64,000 nt of DNA. Origin: a virus. Below are positions 1 to 10,230 of this stretch, piece by piece. The stretch's first letter is position 1; each line of letters starts with the position of its first letter. The stretch lies in IMG/VR virus record IMGVR_UViG_3300033153_006968, positions 21,610 to 85,609 of that record; one strand, given 5' to 3'. The position numbers and the translations under genes are program-made. The notes below the pieces were generated by a model, which was not told where the DNA came from, searched no databases, and worked only from the letters and a program-made list of their open reading frames with translations.

Positions 1-1632
1 AATGCCTCCCGATGGAGCGTAACCTTCTACGCCATATGTCGTCTCGCTCGTACCATATACGCCAGCAACGTCTGTACTCGATCCCTTAAGTCCATAACCG
101 TTTGTACTATATCCCCACAGCCCTATCCCGGTAGGATTGTTTGCGATTAGGGCGTCAAAAGGAGATGCGAGATATAGTAATGCTCTTTGACTATCTGGAT
201 CTCCAAAAAGAATACTGCGACTATTCGCAGAATCGTTTAAATAATTTCCGTCTACAGCTACGGTAGATGCCATTACCAAGTTACCAAGCATAGCATTGTC
301 GTTTACATCTCTATTTCTTCCACCTGAAGTTCCTGGACTCCCTGCGCGAGAAAGAAGAGAAATATGATCGTCGTGAGCCCACCTACTTGGAGCCCAAGCG
401 GGAACATCTGTAGGATACTGGTTGTTATGGTTAGAACCAGTGTATGCACTTGGTGGTGGATTGAGATTAGTTAGTTTGCTGTGTTCCATTAGTGAAGAAA
501 AGTCACCTTCGTTCCCGTGCGTATGGTTCATGAATGCATTAGAAAGAGTCCAAAAAGAACGAGCCAACGGAGAACCTACAGCAATAACAACATAATCTGT
601 CTGATTATAACTGACCTCTGTTTCGTCGGTAGTTACATCAGATGCAAAACTCACAGCACTACTTGAAACTTCAAAAACCCATTCCTTCGTAGCGTCAGGA
701 CCTCTCTTGAACACGGCATCAGCTATGATAGTTCCAGAACCTCTATCCCAGAGATAAAGAAATCCTGCAGGAAGAGTATCTCCTTCTGTCATTGCGCTCA
801 ACTGAGCCTTTAACTCTTTAGGTAAACTATATCTATAAAATGCATCAACGAGAGCAGACGTAGTAGGATCTTGCCAAAGATGTTTGCTACCCTCTGTCGC
901 TACGGTAGCGTCATAGTTATCGCTTAAATCACCAACAGGAGGATATCTTTCAGGTAAGGACCATCCATCAAAAGGGCCATTGTCAAAGTCTGTAGCAGAG
1001 GCATGGGACAAAGGACATCTCGGAGGCAAATGGATATAATACTTCGCGCCGGACTGAGAAATCTTACAACTTGTATAGTCGGCTTGTCTTGGATCTGGAA
1101 TAACTCCAGGTAATGTTTCTGTTCTTGTATTCCATTCTGTAGTATCAACTGTATAACTAACTTCGTCAGCAGCGACTAATGCGTCAAAAGAGATGAGTCT
1201 ACCAGTATCTACATCTACCCAATAATCTCCAGTCGCATCTACGTCATACTTATTTGATTTGAGAGAAGTGAGTGTAGTCCCTGCCGTAATTGCAATTGTG
1301 GCAGATTTAGGTTTAAATTGAAGATAAATTTCATTCTGACCGGCGAATTTAGTCCCAATATTATCTACATAAATAAAATCTTCATCTACCGGATAGAAAC
1401 AAGGATTGAGATATTTGTTCTGACCAATCGTTCTAGCAAGATTAGGAAGTTGTAGAGGAAAGGTAAAGAGAAGACTGTCTCCAGACTGATTCCATAAGTC
1501 ACCGACTGCTTTCTCGATCGTATTCGTAGCAGCGCGTAACTGATGATTAATAGCAGTTACCTTGTGAGCAGTAGGCTGTTCTCCGTCTGCAAAAGTTATT
1601 GTTAGTGTTGCCGTCCGTCTCAGTTTGTCCAT
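1..1632 (-). CDS. Tail fibre / baseplate-attached receptor-binding protein, truncated by the window edge (missing from ORF track)
   Basis: Manual translation from ATG at 1632 (MDKLRRTATLTITFADGEQPTAHKV...) stays open to position 1, with GGAGG upstream. It has a His/Asp 'HDDH' motif and ends in ~10-aa G(L/V)xGxS repeats (GLWGYSTNGYGLKGSSTDVAGVYGTSETTYGVEG) typical of beta-solenoid fibres. It lies downstream of the baseplate genes. Confidence 0.75.
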   Translation of the reverse strand, partial: MDKLRRTATLTITFADGEQPTAHKVTAINHQLRAATNTIEKAVGDLWNQSGDSLLFTFPLQLPNLARTIGQNKYLNPCFYPVDEDFIYVDNIGTKFAGQNEIYLQFKPKSATIAITAGTTLTSLKSNKYDVDATGDYWVDVDTGRLISFDALVAADEVSYTVDTTEWNTRTETLPGVIPDPRQADYTSCKISQSGAKYYIHLPPRCPLSHASATDFDNGPFDGWSLPERYPPVGDLSDNYDATVATEGSKHLWQDPTTSALVDAFYRYSLPKELKAQLSAMTEGDTLPAGFLYLWDRGSGTIIADAVFKRGPDATKEWVFEVSSSAVSFASDVTTDETEVSYNQTDYVVIAVGSPLARSFWTLSNAFMNHTHGNEGDFSSLMEHSKLTNLNPPPSAYTGSNHNNQYPTDVPAWAPSRWAHDDHISLLSRAGSPGTSGGRNRDVNDNAMLGNLVMASTVAVDGNYLNDSANSRSILFGDPDSQRALLYLASPFDALIANNPTGIGLWGYSTNGYGLKGSSTDVAGVYGTSETTYGVEGYAPSGGI

Positions 1633-1663
1633 TTAAATACCCTCTACCTCCAATTATACCTCA

Positions 1664-4600
1664 TTAACCCACTTCATACAGACCACTTGGTAATGGATCG
1701 TTCAAGTCTAGGAAAACGCGCTGATCTAGTACAGACGCTATTTCGCTATTATCATCTTTCAATCTATATCCAATAGGTGTCATATTAGGAGCAACTCCAG
1801 AGAACGTATATCCATCTAAATCAACAGACCTAGTATCTAATTTCCTCGTTCTTCTAAACCAAGTTACGTAATCTTCATAAGTTAAACCATAGTCTGGCTG
1901 GAATGTATAATCAGTTTGCTCTCCAGAACTAAGTCTAATCTCATCATAATAACCAAGAGCGCTAAAATTTCCACCAAGGTCCACAACTTCAGCTCCAATA
2001 CCAGAAGCGGCAAATCCAGCTACATATTCTAATCCAGAAGTTATAGTCTGAGGAATGTTGTTGAAAGGTATATTGTCGGAATTAATGATAGAAATATTAT
2101 CTACCCAAACATCTAAATCAAGCTGTCCGCTATTGAGAACTACGTCATCTGGACTAAAGTCCCAAGACATTTTGATCTGATGCCAATAACCGTCTGTTAA
2201 ATTAGTGCTGTCTAATCTATAGGCTCTTTGACTCGCTATTCCAGCAGTCTGTCCACTCGCCATCCAGTCAAAGAATACATATGGAGTAACGCCGATTTTT
2301 TCTGCGCGGATAATAATTCCATCATAACCTATCGGACTCGTACCATCCTCTAGAGTGGTAGAACTTTGTCCAACAAGATAATTAAGATATTCCGCATTAG
2401 AGCCTGAACCCAATTGATAATCTGCGTAAGGAGTCTTGTAATGTAACTCAAGAGTTCCTTTGTTCATATCTAGATATTCAGGCACTAGACCACTAGCCAT
2501 TACACAATCGCTAGATACGGCAACACTAAGAGACTGAGTATTAAAAGCATTTGTAGTAATAAAAGAAGTTCCATAATCAGTTCCGTCTACACCACTGGGG
2601 CTAGCATCTGTGTAATCTCCATCAAAACGATACAAAACTCTTGAAGGAGGATCTGTTATCGTTAATTCTTTATACTCTTTGATAGTAGTAGGTAGTCTTT
2701 CATTAAGATAGTAATCCCATAATTCACCTGACGTAGCTATGATAGTGGCATCTGGTAAAGCATTAACGTCATAAGGTCTATTAAATAGATTGGTAGGTAT
2801 ATCCGCCGAAGAAGTAAAGAAAAATACCCCATCAGATTTCTCAGGAACGTTAGTGTCAAGATTTATAGTATTCGAATAAGTCTTCTTTCTCGTTTTGTTA
2901 TTTGTTATGTACGCTCTAGCTCTATCTCCGCCTTCAACGGCAATAAAGAAAGATCTAACATCGCCGGCAAATGGATCTTCTCCATCACTAGCATAAATTA
3001 GCTGAAGAATAGGATTATCAGATGTTCCAATGTTCTGATGGTGGATAGGCCATATAGGAGAGTTAATAAAATCTATAGAGATAAAATAAATAGTTCCGCC
3101 AGTTCCAACAACTACATAATTCCCATCGTTATGTCCAACTCCATGAAGATTAACAGATCCATTTACACCTGTAAGAACAGTCCAATTACCAGTTCCGTCT
3201 GGAGAACTCATTATGACGTTGCTATTAGCTGAAGTAACGAAAAGTCCAGAACCGTAATCAATTCCCTTAAATCCGTAACCAGCAACCGTTGCAGAATCCC
3301 AGCTATCTCCGTCCGAAGAGGTGATTATGGACCCTATTCCAACAAGTAAAAAGAAACCATCTGCATAAATACCATCATAATAATCTTGTTCCACAGGAGC
3401 TGACTTTGGAGTCCAGCTACTCCCGCCATCTGAAGAAACTGATAAATTCCCTTCTTGACTCCCAACTACCCATACGCCATTGCCATATGTGATACAAAGG
3501 CAATCCTGTGCAATTCCTACATTGTCGCTAGACCAACTAATTCCGCTATCTGACGATTTGTATACCTCGCCCGAAAACGAAGATGCTATCCAAAGACCAC
3601 TGCCATAAGCAACGTCGAATATCCCACTTCTGTCACCAGCTCCGGCAGATTCGCTCCAATCAATTCCGTTCGACGAAGTTAGGATTATCCCACTATCTCC
3701 GCCTGCAACAAATATGCCGTTTGCGAAATGAATGCCATCAAAATCTTCACCCGATGTTCCGCTAGTTCTAGCTGTCCAGACTTTTCCATCTAAAGATGTT
3801 AATATGGTGTCATTATTTCCAACTGCCACCCAAAGACCTGCTCCATAAGTAACTTCATTCAAGTCTTCGCTCGTTCCGCTAGTCTGCGAAGAAGGTATTA
3901 AACCATTTTGCTCAATCCCAAAATGAGGACTTATAACTCCCGAATCAGAATCATATAGCAGAACTTTCCTTCCCGTTCCAGTATTAGACGAGAGGGTATC
4001 GTCAAAGGTTACAGGCTCTTCAAGGCCAAACATATCTCTGTAATCTTTCTCAAAATCTAACCCCGACTGAAGAGAAGTAGATACGCCCATAGGGGTAACT
4101 TCGAATTCTTCATCTGTAATATAATCTGTATAATAATCGTCTAAACCACTAGCTGGAATCCCGATAGAATCGTCGTTATCGTAAACGGCATAGATGAGAA
4201 CCCCACTAGGACTAGTCGGTTCAAACAGATTTGCTATCTCATATATATTGTAATCACCGCTTACAGTCACATCTTGAGTGAATCGACCTACACTCTCAAA
4301 ATTGGCAGGTGGACTATAGATGACCTTTGCTTGACCACTTGCGTCCGTCAAAGAATTGTCTAAGTTAGCAGAACCCACAGAAGGATCCAGTATCTCAAAG
4401 CCAACATTGACACCCTCGATAACTCGACCCTCAATATCTTTAACCGTCGCTACAAGGTTGCCTACAGATCCGCCAACCTCTGTCTGGTAGTCAGATCCAG
4501 TCTCGTAGCTTGCTTCAAGAATTATAGAGGCAGGCTCAGTATCGTTCATTGTGGCTAGAACGAATCCAGCGTCAAACGGATTGTGGATAGGATTAGTATC

Positions 4601-5659
4601 TGCATCATAAGCCGCTGTAAAATCTCTGCTCTTCTCAGGTTCATATTCAACTACCAATCCAGAAGTGTAACGCGAGATTACTTTCGATCCGGCTTCCGGC
4701 ATGCATCCAGACCAGAATGCAACAACGCCCAACATGTCGTCAACCTTACATTCGTAAGGCCATTCCGCTTCGCCTACAGGTTCGTTAAATACTTGATTAC
4801 TGTCTATTTTATTCCACCAGGTATAAGCGCCAGAAGAAACATAAGACATTATCTCTACCTGGCCAGAAGGATCTACTGGAGAATATCTGAAGTTATAAAC
4901 TTCTTGAGTTCCGTCAGAGACACCGACTAACTCATAGCTGTCAAATTCGCCGGAAGCGGCAATAATATCTTGATAGCCTTGATCTACAAAAATGCGAGGA
5001 GTGGCACTATAATCATAATCGACAACAAATTCTTCTTGCCCCGAAGCCATATTGTGAAACGCGATAGTTCCGTCGTCGTTTAATGTATCGGCATCATCTT
5101 CGCCCGTGAATTCAACTTTCTTACGCAAGTTGATATCAATCTCATATTCTCTTTTGGTCTTATCGAAAACATATCGCCTAACATTAACCGGAACACCGGG
5201 CTTAGGTTTGTAGTCAAGGTTGATATATTGAACGCCACTCTGTGTCTGATTGTGGTAGAAATGCTCCAGTCTAAGATCGTCGCTGAATAGATACCATTCC
5301 GTATTTCTGTCATAAAAATGTCCGTGGTGTATCTTAGGAATCCACAACTCGTCATTCTCAACTACTGAATCTTCGACAGAAAGAAGAAGAAGATCGTTAT
5401 TATCTCCAATGCCAGACTGCCAATAATCGTAGGTAAGCCAGGAAGAAACTGGATCCCAAACGACAGGAGCAGATTCAGTTGCATTCAGCTCTCTATCAGT
5501 AGGCCATACTTTTTTATCCCACTGCCAGCCCTGAACTAATTTGCCAGAACCAGGATGCTTTACGTCCGTATATCTTGATTGGAAACCTATAGATAAATCT
5601 TTAGATCCGCTGTAATAGATATGTAGGATAACGTCGTTGTCTACTGAATAATTACTCAT
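1664..5659 (-). CDS. Large baseplate/adsorption protein with Ig-like, beta-propeller (Asp-box-like SxDGxxW repeats) and LamG/concanavalin-like domains
   Basis: 1331 aa. Repeats TSLDGKVW, SSNGIDW, SSDSGISW, SSDGGSSW, SSDGDSW, SPDGTGNW. Big_1-like 'LVATVKDIEGRVIEGVNVGF...TDASGQAKVIY'. LamG-like 'LYRFDG...DGYWHQIKMSW...YYDEIRLS'. Located in the baseplate cluster. Confidence 0.7.
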   Translation of the reverse strand: MSNYSVDNDVILHIYYSGSKDLSIGFQSRYTDVKHPGSGKLVQGWQWDKKVWPTDRELNATESAPVVWDPVSSWLTYDYWQSGIGDNNDLLLLSVEDSVVENDELWIPKIHHGHFYDRNTEWYLFSDDLRLEHFYHNQTQSGVQYINLDYKPKPGVPVNVRRYVFDKTKREYEIDINLRKKVEFTGEDDADTLNDDGTIAFHNMASGQEEFVVDYDYSATPRIFVDQGYQDIIAASGEFDSYELVGVSDGTQEVYNFRYSPVDPSGQVEIMSYVSSGAYTWWNKIDSNQVFNEPVGEAEWPYECKVDDMLGVVAFWSGCMPEAGSKVISRYTSGLVVEYEPEKSRDFTAAYDADTNPIHNPFDAGFVLATMNDTEPASIILEASYETGSDYQTEVGGSVGNLVATVKDIEGRVIEGVNVGFEILDPSVGSANLDNSLTDASGQAKVIYSPPANFESVGRFTQDVTVSGDYNIYEIANLFEPTSPSGVLIYAVYDNDDSIGIPASGLDDYYTDYITDEEFEVTPMGVSTSLQSGLDFEKDYRDMFGLEEPVTFDDTLSSNTGTGRKVLLYDSDSGVISPHFGIEQNGLIPSSQTSGTSEDLNEVTYGAGLWVAVGNNDTILTSLDGKVWTARTSGTSGEDFDGIHFANGIFVAGGDSGIILTSSNGIDWSESAGAGDRSGIFDVAYGSGLWIASSFSGEVYKSSDSGISWSSDNVGIAQDCLCITYGNGVWVVGSQEGNLSVSSDGGSSWTPKSAPVEQDYYDGIYADGFFLLVGIGSIITSSDGDSWDSATVAGYGFKGIDYGSGLFVTSANSNVIMSSPDGTGNWTVLTGVNGSVNLHGVGHNDGNYVVVGTGGTIYFISIDFINSPIWPIHHQNIGTSDNPILQLIYASDGEDPFAGDVRSFFIAVEGGDRARAYITNNKTRKKTYSNTINLDTNVPEKSDGVFFFTSSADIPTNLFNRPYDVNALPDATIIATSGELWDYYLNERLPTTIKEYKELTITDPPSRVLYRFDGDYTDASPSGVDGTDYGTSFITTNAFNTQSLSVAVSSDCVMASGLVPEYLDMNKGTLELHYKTPYADYQLGSGSNAEYLNYLVGQSSTTLEDGTSPIGYDGIIIRAEKIGVTPYVFFDWMASGQTAGIASQRAYRLDSTNLTDGYWHQIKMSWDFSPDDVVLNSGQLDLDVWVDNISIINSDNIPFNNIPQTITSGLEYVAGFAASGIGAEVVDLGGNFSALGYYDEIRLSSGEQTDYTFQPDYGLTYEDYVTWFRRTRKLDTRSVDLDGYTFSGVAPNMTPIGYRLKDDNSEIASVLDQRVFLDLNDPLPSGLYEVG

Positions 5660-6559
5660 CTATGGCCCAACTGAGATTCCCGTAATACTCAATAGTTCAT
5701 TCACAAAATCTGCACCAAGTTCCTTGGGCGCTCCATTGATTGTATCCCCATCACTATCTGTAATCTGCTCAAACATTTTAGTCTTGAAGTCGTCAGACTG
5801 TAGGTTGTGTACAATCACTGGGCTTGCCCATACTTTAAAATCGTCATTTCTATATTTATATCTTATTGCCGATCCTGGAGAAGGACTTTCTGTAGTATAG
5901 ATTATTCCATTTAAATAATCAATATAATATTGTCCAGCTCTTACAAGTTCTATTTGCGTATCAACTCTACTTACTAGATTAGAGCTAGAAACAGAAACAG
6001 AGTCAGAAAATAATTTATTATGATTTAAATTAATTACTGCGCCAGAGGTAGATAAATCCTCAGAGACAATAAGTTCAACAGAGCTTTGATCGTAAATCGT
6101 CATCGAACGTGTACTACTACTAACTCCGCTCTTAATACTTGCTGAAAAATAACCTGTTGCTTGAATAGAGGTAAGTAGTTCTGAATAATTATATGCTCCG
6201 TCATCATGGTCGTATCTGTCAATAGTTGCAGCTAACCCACTAGTGCTATCAGTATAGTCGCTATACACATAGCATTTCGTTTCCTCAAATATGATTGCCG
6301 GATTGCTCCCCAAAGAGTCTCCATCAGAGTCTAACACCGGAGTAATAGTCATAGCTTGAAACATATTTAGTCCAAGCTCTCTTGTGATAGCGTAAACCAA
6401 TCCAAGACGATCTGAACCAGCTCTATGAACAAAGACATCAAAGAGACGCTGCTTATATGCGTCATTTTTTTCACCAGAAAGACGAACCAGATCTAGTAAT
6501 AGACCCATGTTGTCCAACTCGTTATGGACTTGCCATTGCTCTGGAGTATAAGTTGCCAT
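5660..6559 (-). CDS. Baseplate wedge protein (P2 gpI / T4 gp7-like N-terminus)
   Basis: 'LDNMGLLLDLVRLSGEKNDAYKQRL' matches the LD..G....L.R..GE.D..YR.R wedge motif; located after baseplate J. Confidence 0.65.
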   Translation of the reverse strand: MATYTPEQWQVHNELDNMGLLLDLVRLSGEKNDAYKQRLFDVFVHRAGSDRLGLVYAITRELGLNMFQAMTITPVLDSDGDSLGSNPAIIFEETKCYVYSDYTDSTSGLAATIDRYDHDDGAYNYSELLTSIQATGYFSASIKSGVSSSTRSMTIYDQSSVELIVSEDLSTSGAVINLNHNKLFSDSVSVSSSNLVSRVDTQIELVRAGQYYIDYLNGIIYTTESPSPGSAIRYKYRNDDFKVWASPVIVHNLQSDDFKTKMFEQITDSDGDTINGAPKELGADFVNELLSITGISVGP

Positions 6560-8157
6560 TATGTAATATCTACGCTATCGTAATCCTCTCTAAAATAAAC
6601 TATCTTATCTTTATAATCTACTATCATCAAGTCTGTATGTAAATCGAATTTGTGGAATGAAGTACTTGTCTTTATCCATAACTGTTGATCTGAACTAAAG
6701 TCCAAACCGCTCATAGTCTCACCAGGCATATCAGAAGACAAGTCTATTGTAGTTAATGGAAGTTTATACTGAACGGGGACTATTACTTTATCGTACTGTA
6801 CCACTCCGTCACTATATACAGCCTCAAGAGTAAATTTATATTCTCCGCGCTCGGAAGCGACAATCAATCTTTCTTCTTCTAATTGCCTACTGTAACTAGT
6901 GGGATAATTCCAGAAGTCCGAAGTAACCGAAACTGCTACGCCGTTAGACAGTCCATATTTTACTCCGTCAGGAGTTTCGTATGACAGTCGATACTTGTCA
7001 ATTTTTTTCAGCAAACGAGTTTGAGTAGGGGTAATAGATATGTCTTCTCCGAACAATACATAGTCTTCACCAAGTTCTATTTTGACTTCAGGACCATTAG
7101 TTCTTTCTCTAACAAAGTCAACACCGCTCACCGTTGTTTCTTCCATGCTGTAACAGTATAATTTAGCGCTGTGGTCGATAACCCAACATCTATCTGTAAA
7201 TGGCTGCACAGCTATATCTGCCGCACTGACATTGCTCTCGCTAGAGTCAAGAAGTTCCCATCTATTCTCTGGAGCCTTGTCAGAAAATCCAAACAAGAGA
7301 TTCTGCCATTCGTCAGATATATAACCTATTCTATCTAGGGTGGAACCACGAGCAAATCCTCCAAGGTCCCAGAACTCATCAACTTTATTATCGTTTTCTG
7401 ACCATCTAAGATTGTAGAAAGACCAATATGGACCAGCGTTAGTATCTCCAGATAAAATATCTACCTGAACTCCGCTCTCCATATTATAAATGTCGACACG
7501 AGTTATCTCTTCCCACTCTTTGAGAGTCTGTCTTTTCTCGTCCCAAGCATATGTAAGAGTCTCTGTTTCTTCGGTTCCTTTTCTTGTGGTACCGGTGAGA
7601 ACAACTTGACCTCTATCAACTTCGCTATCGTCGTTAACTGAGACGTACTGAGTACCGCTACTTACTTCCACCCATAAATGTCCACCGCCCAAATGGTGAG
7701 CGAGTAAACCGCTGTATGGAAAATCATCTACAAATTGAGAAAGAAGCTTGTCAGTTTTATTTGACACAGTATCTGAAAGGGTTGTTCGAGTTGGTATGGC
7801 ATTATACCAAAGATCTTCTAAGTCGTTGTTGTCCGCTAATGAAACAGAATATTCTACGCTACTAGAAGTTCCCACAACAGTAGGAGCAATCTCTATTGGA
7901 TTTAAAGGATCTGAAGTATTAGTAGAAAAGGTAAACGAAGTAGGTAATTGAACCTTATAGACAAGGTCAATTTCATCAAGATTAACGGTAGAAAGATATT
8001 GGTTCCACTTCATTCTCTCTAAGTATTTGTCCATTTTATCAATGGGCAGGGATAGAGCATTAAAAAATTGAAAACCTATAGATTGATCGTTATTTCGGAT
8101 CCTAGAATAAGTCGGATAATAATTTACTAACTCTTGAACACTTCTTCTCTTTGTCAT
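6559..8157 (-). CDS. Putative baseplate structural protein
   Basis: 532 aa, acidic and beta-rich; 1-nt stop/start overlaps with baseplate J and the wedge gene. Confidence 0.5.
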   Translation of the reverse strand: MTKRRSVQELVNYYPTYSRIRNNDQSIGFQFFNALSLPIDKMDKYLERMKWNQYLSTVNLDEIDLVYKVQLPTSFTFSTNTSDPLNPIEIAPTVVGTSSSVEYSVSLADNNDLEDLWYNAIPTRTTLSDTVSNKTDKLLSQFVDDFPYSGLLAHHLGGGHLWVEVSSGTQYVSVNDDSEVDRGQVVLTGTTRKGTEETETLTYAWDEKRQTLKEWEEITRVDIYNMESGVQVDILSGDTNAGPYWSFYNLRWSENDNKVDEFWDLGGFARGSTLDRIGYISDEWQNLLFGFSDKAPENRWELLDSSESNVSAADIAVQPFTDRCWVIDHSAKLYCYSMEETTVSGVDFVRERTNGPEVKIELGEDYVLFGEDISITPTQTRLLKKIDKYRLSYETPDGVKYGLSNGVAVSVTSDFWNYPTSYSRQLEEERLIVASERGEYKFTLEAVYSDGVVQYDKVIVPVQYKLPLTTIDLSSDMPGETMSGLDFSSDQQLWIKTSTSFHKFDLHTDLMIVDYKDKIVYFREDYDSVDIT

Positions 8158-9380
8158 TAACTCGCAATTGTAAACAAGATCGGACTGGTTCCGGCGTATT
8201 GATTCTCGACAATGACTCGTTCATCCTCTTCTGCGCTATAGTCGTTAAGGAGGATTCCTCGAATTTTATTGTCTTCAAGCTTTGTAGGTTTGTAGGTATA
8301 AATGTTTTCAAAAGGTTTAGTGGCGCTTCCAACATTTTTGATTTCGGAAGATGTAGCCATTACACGTTCAATCAGTTCATTCACGATCATATCTTCATCT
8401 ATATCTAGACTGTTAATATAGTCTGTTACATTTGATGTCACAGCATTCAGTATATTAGTTTCTTCTGATGCTGTCATTCTTTTTTTGAGAGTTAGTTTAC
8501 CAACAAGAGAGATTCCTACTTCAATAGGGGCTCTTACACTCGGCACTACACCATGCGCTACAACTTTAAGCACTGCTTCGTTCACTGCGCTAATGAGGCC
8601 AGTCGGAACAGTAGGAGTCACAGCTTTGATTAAGACATCAAAAGTTCCTATACCTCTGAAATATGGAATAATTACTAAATCTGCTACACCTGGAGTGTTT
8701 AGAACGGCTAGTCTAACTGATGTAAGATTGGCCTTTTCGGCACTAGTTACTTGTTTAGATATACGAAAACGATAATTGGTATCTATCTCTCCGTCCTCTC
8801 CTTTGATAACTTCTGAATCGTTAACGACTTTGAGAGAATCATCTGCACTGCCTGTATAGTTAGTGAAGTTATGATATTTTAATTGCCGCGCGCCAACATT
8901 GCTTCTTGTTCCAGGCTGAACTGCCTGTGCAGCAACATACACTTCAGAGAGAGAAGAAGACAAAATAACATTATAGGGAATCCTATATGTTACTCCCGTA
9001 CCAGCAAGAGCTGTGCCTACACTTGTTCCAGAAGATAAAAGTATTGAATTGCCATTATTGACATCTCCAAATGTACCACTATCTACATAGAATCTTATTA
9101 CCCTTTCAGAAGAAGAAACAGAAGCGGTCTCTTGACCAAGCTTCTCTATTCCCATCATGTCGCCAATAAATTCTAGATATTTTCCATCTGCGCCGACAAG
9201 AAGAGCTTGAGCGATATTCACGTCGAACTTCTGATACATCTTGCCGAGCTTACCAGAAAGAGCATTTACTATAGCTCGCGTCTTGCTACCAACAGAGGTT
9301 TTTGTAATGGGAGTATTGTCTATGACTTCAATAAGTAAATCGCCAAATATTTTATCTTTGGACTCTGAGAATAACGGCAT
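8157..9380 (-). CDS. Baseplate J-like wedge protein (T4 gp6 family)
   Basis: 'GADGKYLEFIGDMMGIEK', 'AVQPGTRSNVGA', 'GEDGEIDTNYRFRI', 'VLNTPGVADL...RGIGTFDVLI' are Baseplate_J hallmarks. Confidence 0.88.
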   Translation of the reverse strand: MPLFSESKDKIFGDLLIEVIDNTPITKTSVGSKTRAIVNALSGKLGKMYQKFDVNIAQALLVGADGKYLEFIGDMMGIEKLGQETASVSSSERVIRFYVDSGTFGDVNNGNSILLSSGTSVGTALAGTGVTYRIPYNVILSSSLSEVYVAAQAVQPGTRSNVGARQLKYHNFTNYTGSADDSLKVVNDSEVIKGEDGEIDTNYRFRISKQVTSAEKANLTSVRLAVLNTPGVADLVIIPYFRGIGTFDVLIKAVTPTVPTGLISAVNEAVLKVVAHGVVPSVRAPIEVGISLVGKLTLKKRMTASEETNILNAVTSNVTDYINSLDIDEDMIVNELIERVMATSSEIKNVGSATKPFENIYTYKPTKLEDNKIRGILLNDYSAEEDERVIVENQYAGTSPILFTIAS

Positions 9381-9877
9381 TATGTTCTCCTAAAAATATG
9401 CTCTCTTTCTCTCTGGTCTTGAGGTTTAAACCAAACGCTATCTTCAACACTATCGTATATAACAGTTACAACGACTGGCTGTCCCAATTCAAGACTGTTC
9501 ATATTGGTAGCCATAGCATTGACCTTAATAAATATAGCAACTTCGTGTATTCCGATAGGGGTAACTCGAACATCCAAATCTTCTGGACGAACTACGTTGT
9601 TAGAAATGAGAGAACTCTTTACTCTTTGCTCTATAGCTTTTCCAATCTCTCTCGTATTCGGCTCTCCTCTATAATCGCTGAGGGTCGTCGCAAAAGCAGG
9701 ATTGGCTTTCCAGTCTCCTACTTCGCTCTTAATAATACTTTGAATTTCTTGAATTTTTGCCTGGATTAGATCCGCAGAGGTGTCTCCAAGGTCGCCGTCT
9801 TTACCTACTGTATAGTCTCCGTCATATGTGAATTCAAGATCTATAGAATCGTATAATGAAATTGCCGTTACCTCCAA
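9380..9877 (-). CDS. gp25/gpW-like baseplate wedge (sheath initiator) protein
   Basis: 'DGDLGDTS..DLIQAKIQEI...KSEVGDWKANPAFATTLSDYRGEPN' resembles the gp25/DUF2634 family; immediately upstream of baseplate J. Start codon uncertain (TTG or ATT). Confidence 0.72.
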   Translation of the reverse strand: MEVTAISLYDSIDLEFTYDGDYTVGKDGDLGDTSADLIQAKIQEIQSIIKSEVGDWKANPAFATTLSDYRGEPNTREIGKAIEQRVKSSLISNNVVRPEDLDVRVTPIGIHEVAIFIKVNAMATNMNSLELGQPVVVTVIYDSVEDSVWFKPQDQREREHIFRRT

Positions 9878-9883
9878 ACAATA

Positions 9884-10222
9884 TTATACCACCAAAAAAG
9901 CCATTAAAAACGGAAGTGATAAAGCCACACTTGTAAACATTCCTATTGGAGGAATGGGCAGTTGAGAAGGGATAGGAGTAACAATAGTAGAAGGAACCAT
10001 CTTCACAAAATCATTCATTCCTACAAAAAGACCTGCAGTTCTGATATTCTCACCAGTCGTAATAAAAGATACTGGACCACTTATATGGGTTCCCTTCTTG
10101 TCTATGGCGATAAAAGCACTCTTGGAACCAGCCATTATAGCAGTCTCTGGAGTGATCATAAAGCCAGCATCACTTTCTCTGCTCGCCTTCCAAATTTTGT
10201 AGTCCTTCTTACTTGCTCCCAT
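9884..10222 (-). CDS. Small baseplate/spike-associated protein with hydrophobic C-terminus
   Basis: 112 aa with AGGAGG RBS, between the spike-like and gp25-like genes; Pro-rich then hydrophobic tail (FTSVALSLPFLMAFLVV). Confidence 0.45.
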   Translation of the reverse strand: MGASKKDYKIWKASRESDAGFMITPETAIMAGSKSAFIAIDKKGTHISGPVSFITTGENIRTAGLFVGMNDFVKMVPSTIVTPIPSQLPIPPIGMFTSVALSLPFLMAFLVV

Positions 10223-10230
10223 TTATCCTC

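Noticed and set aside
924-1148. 74-aa minus-strand ORF
   Set aside because: It is nested in a different frame within the continuous 1-1632 fibre ORF.
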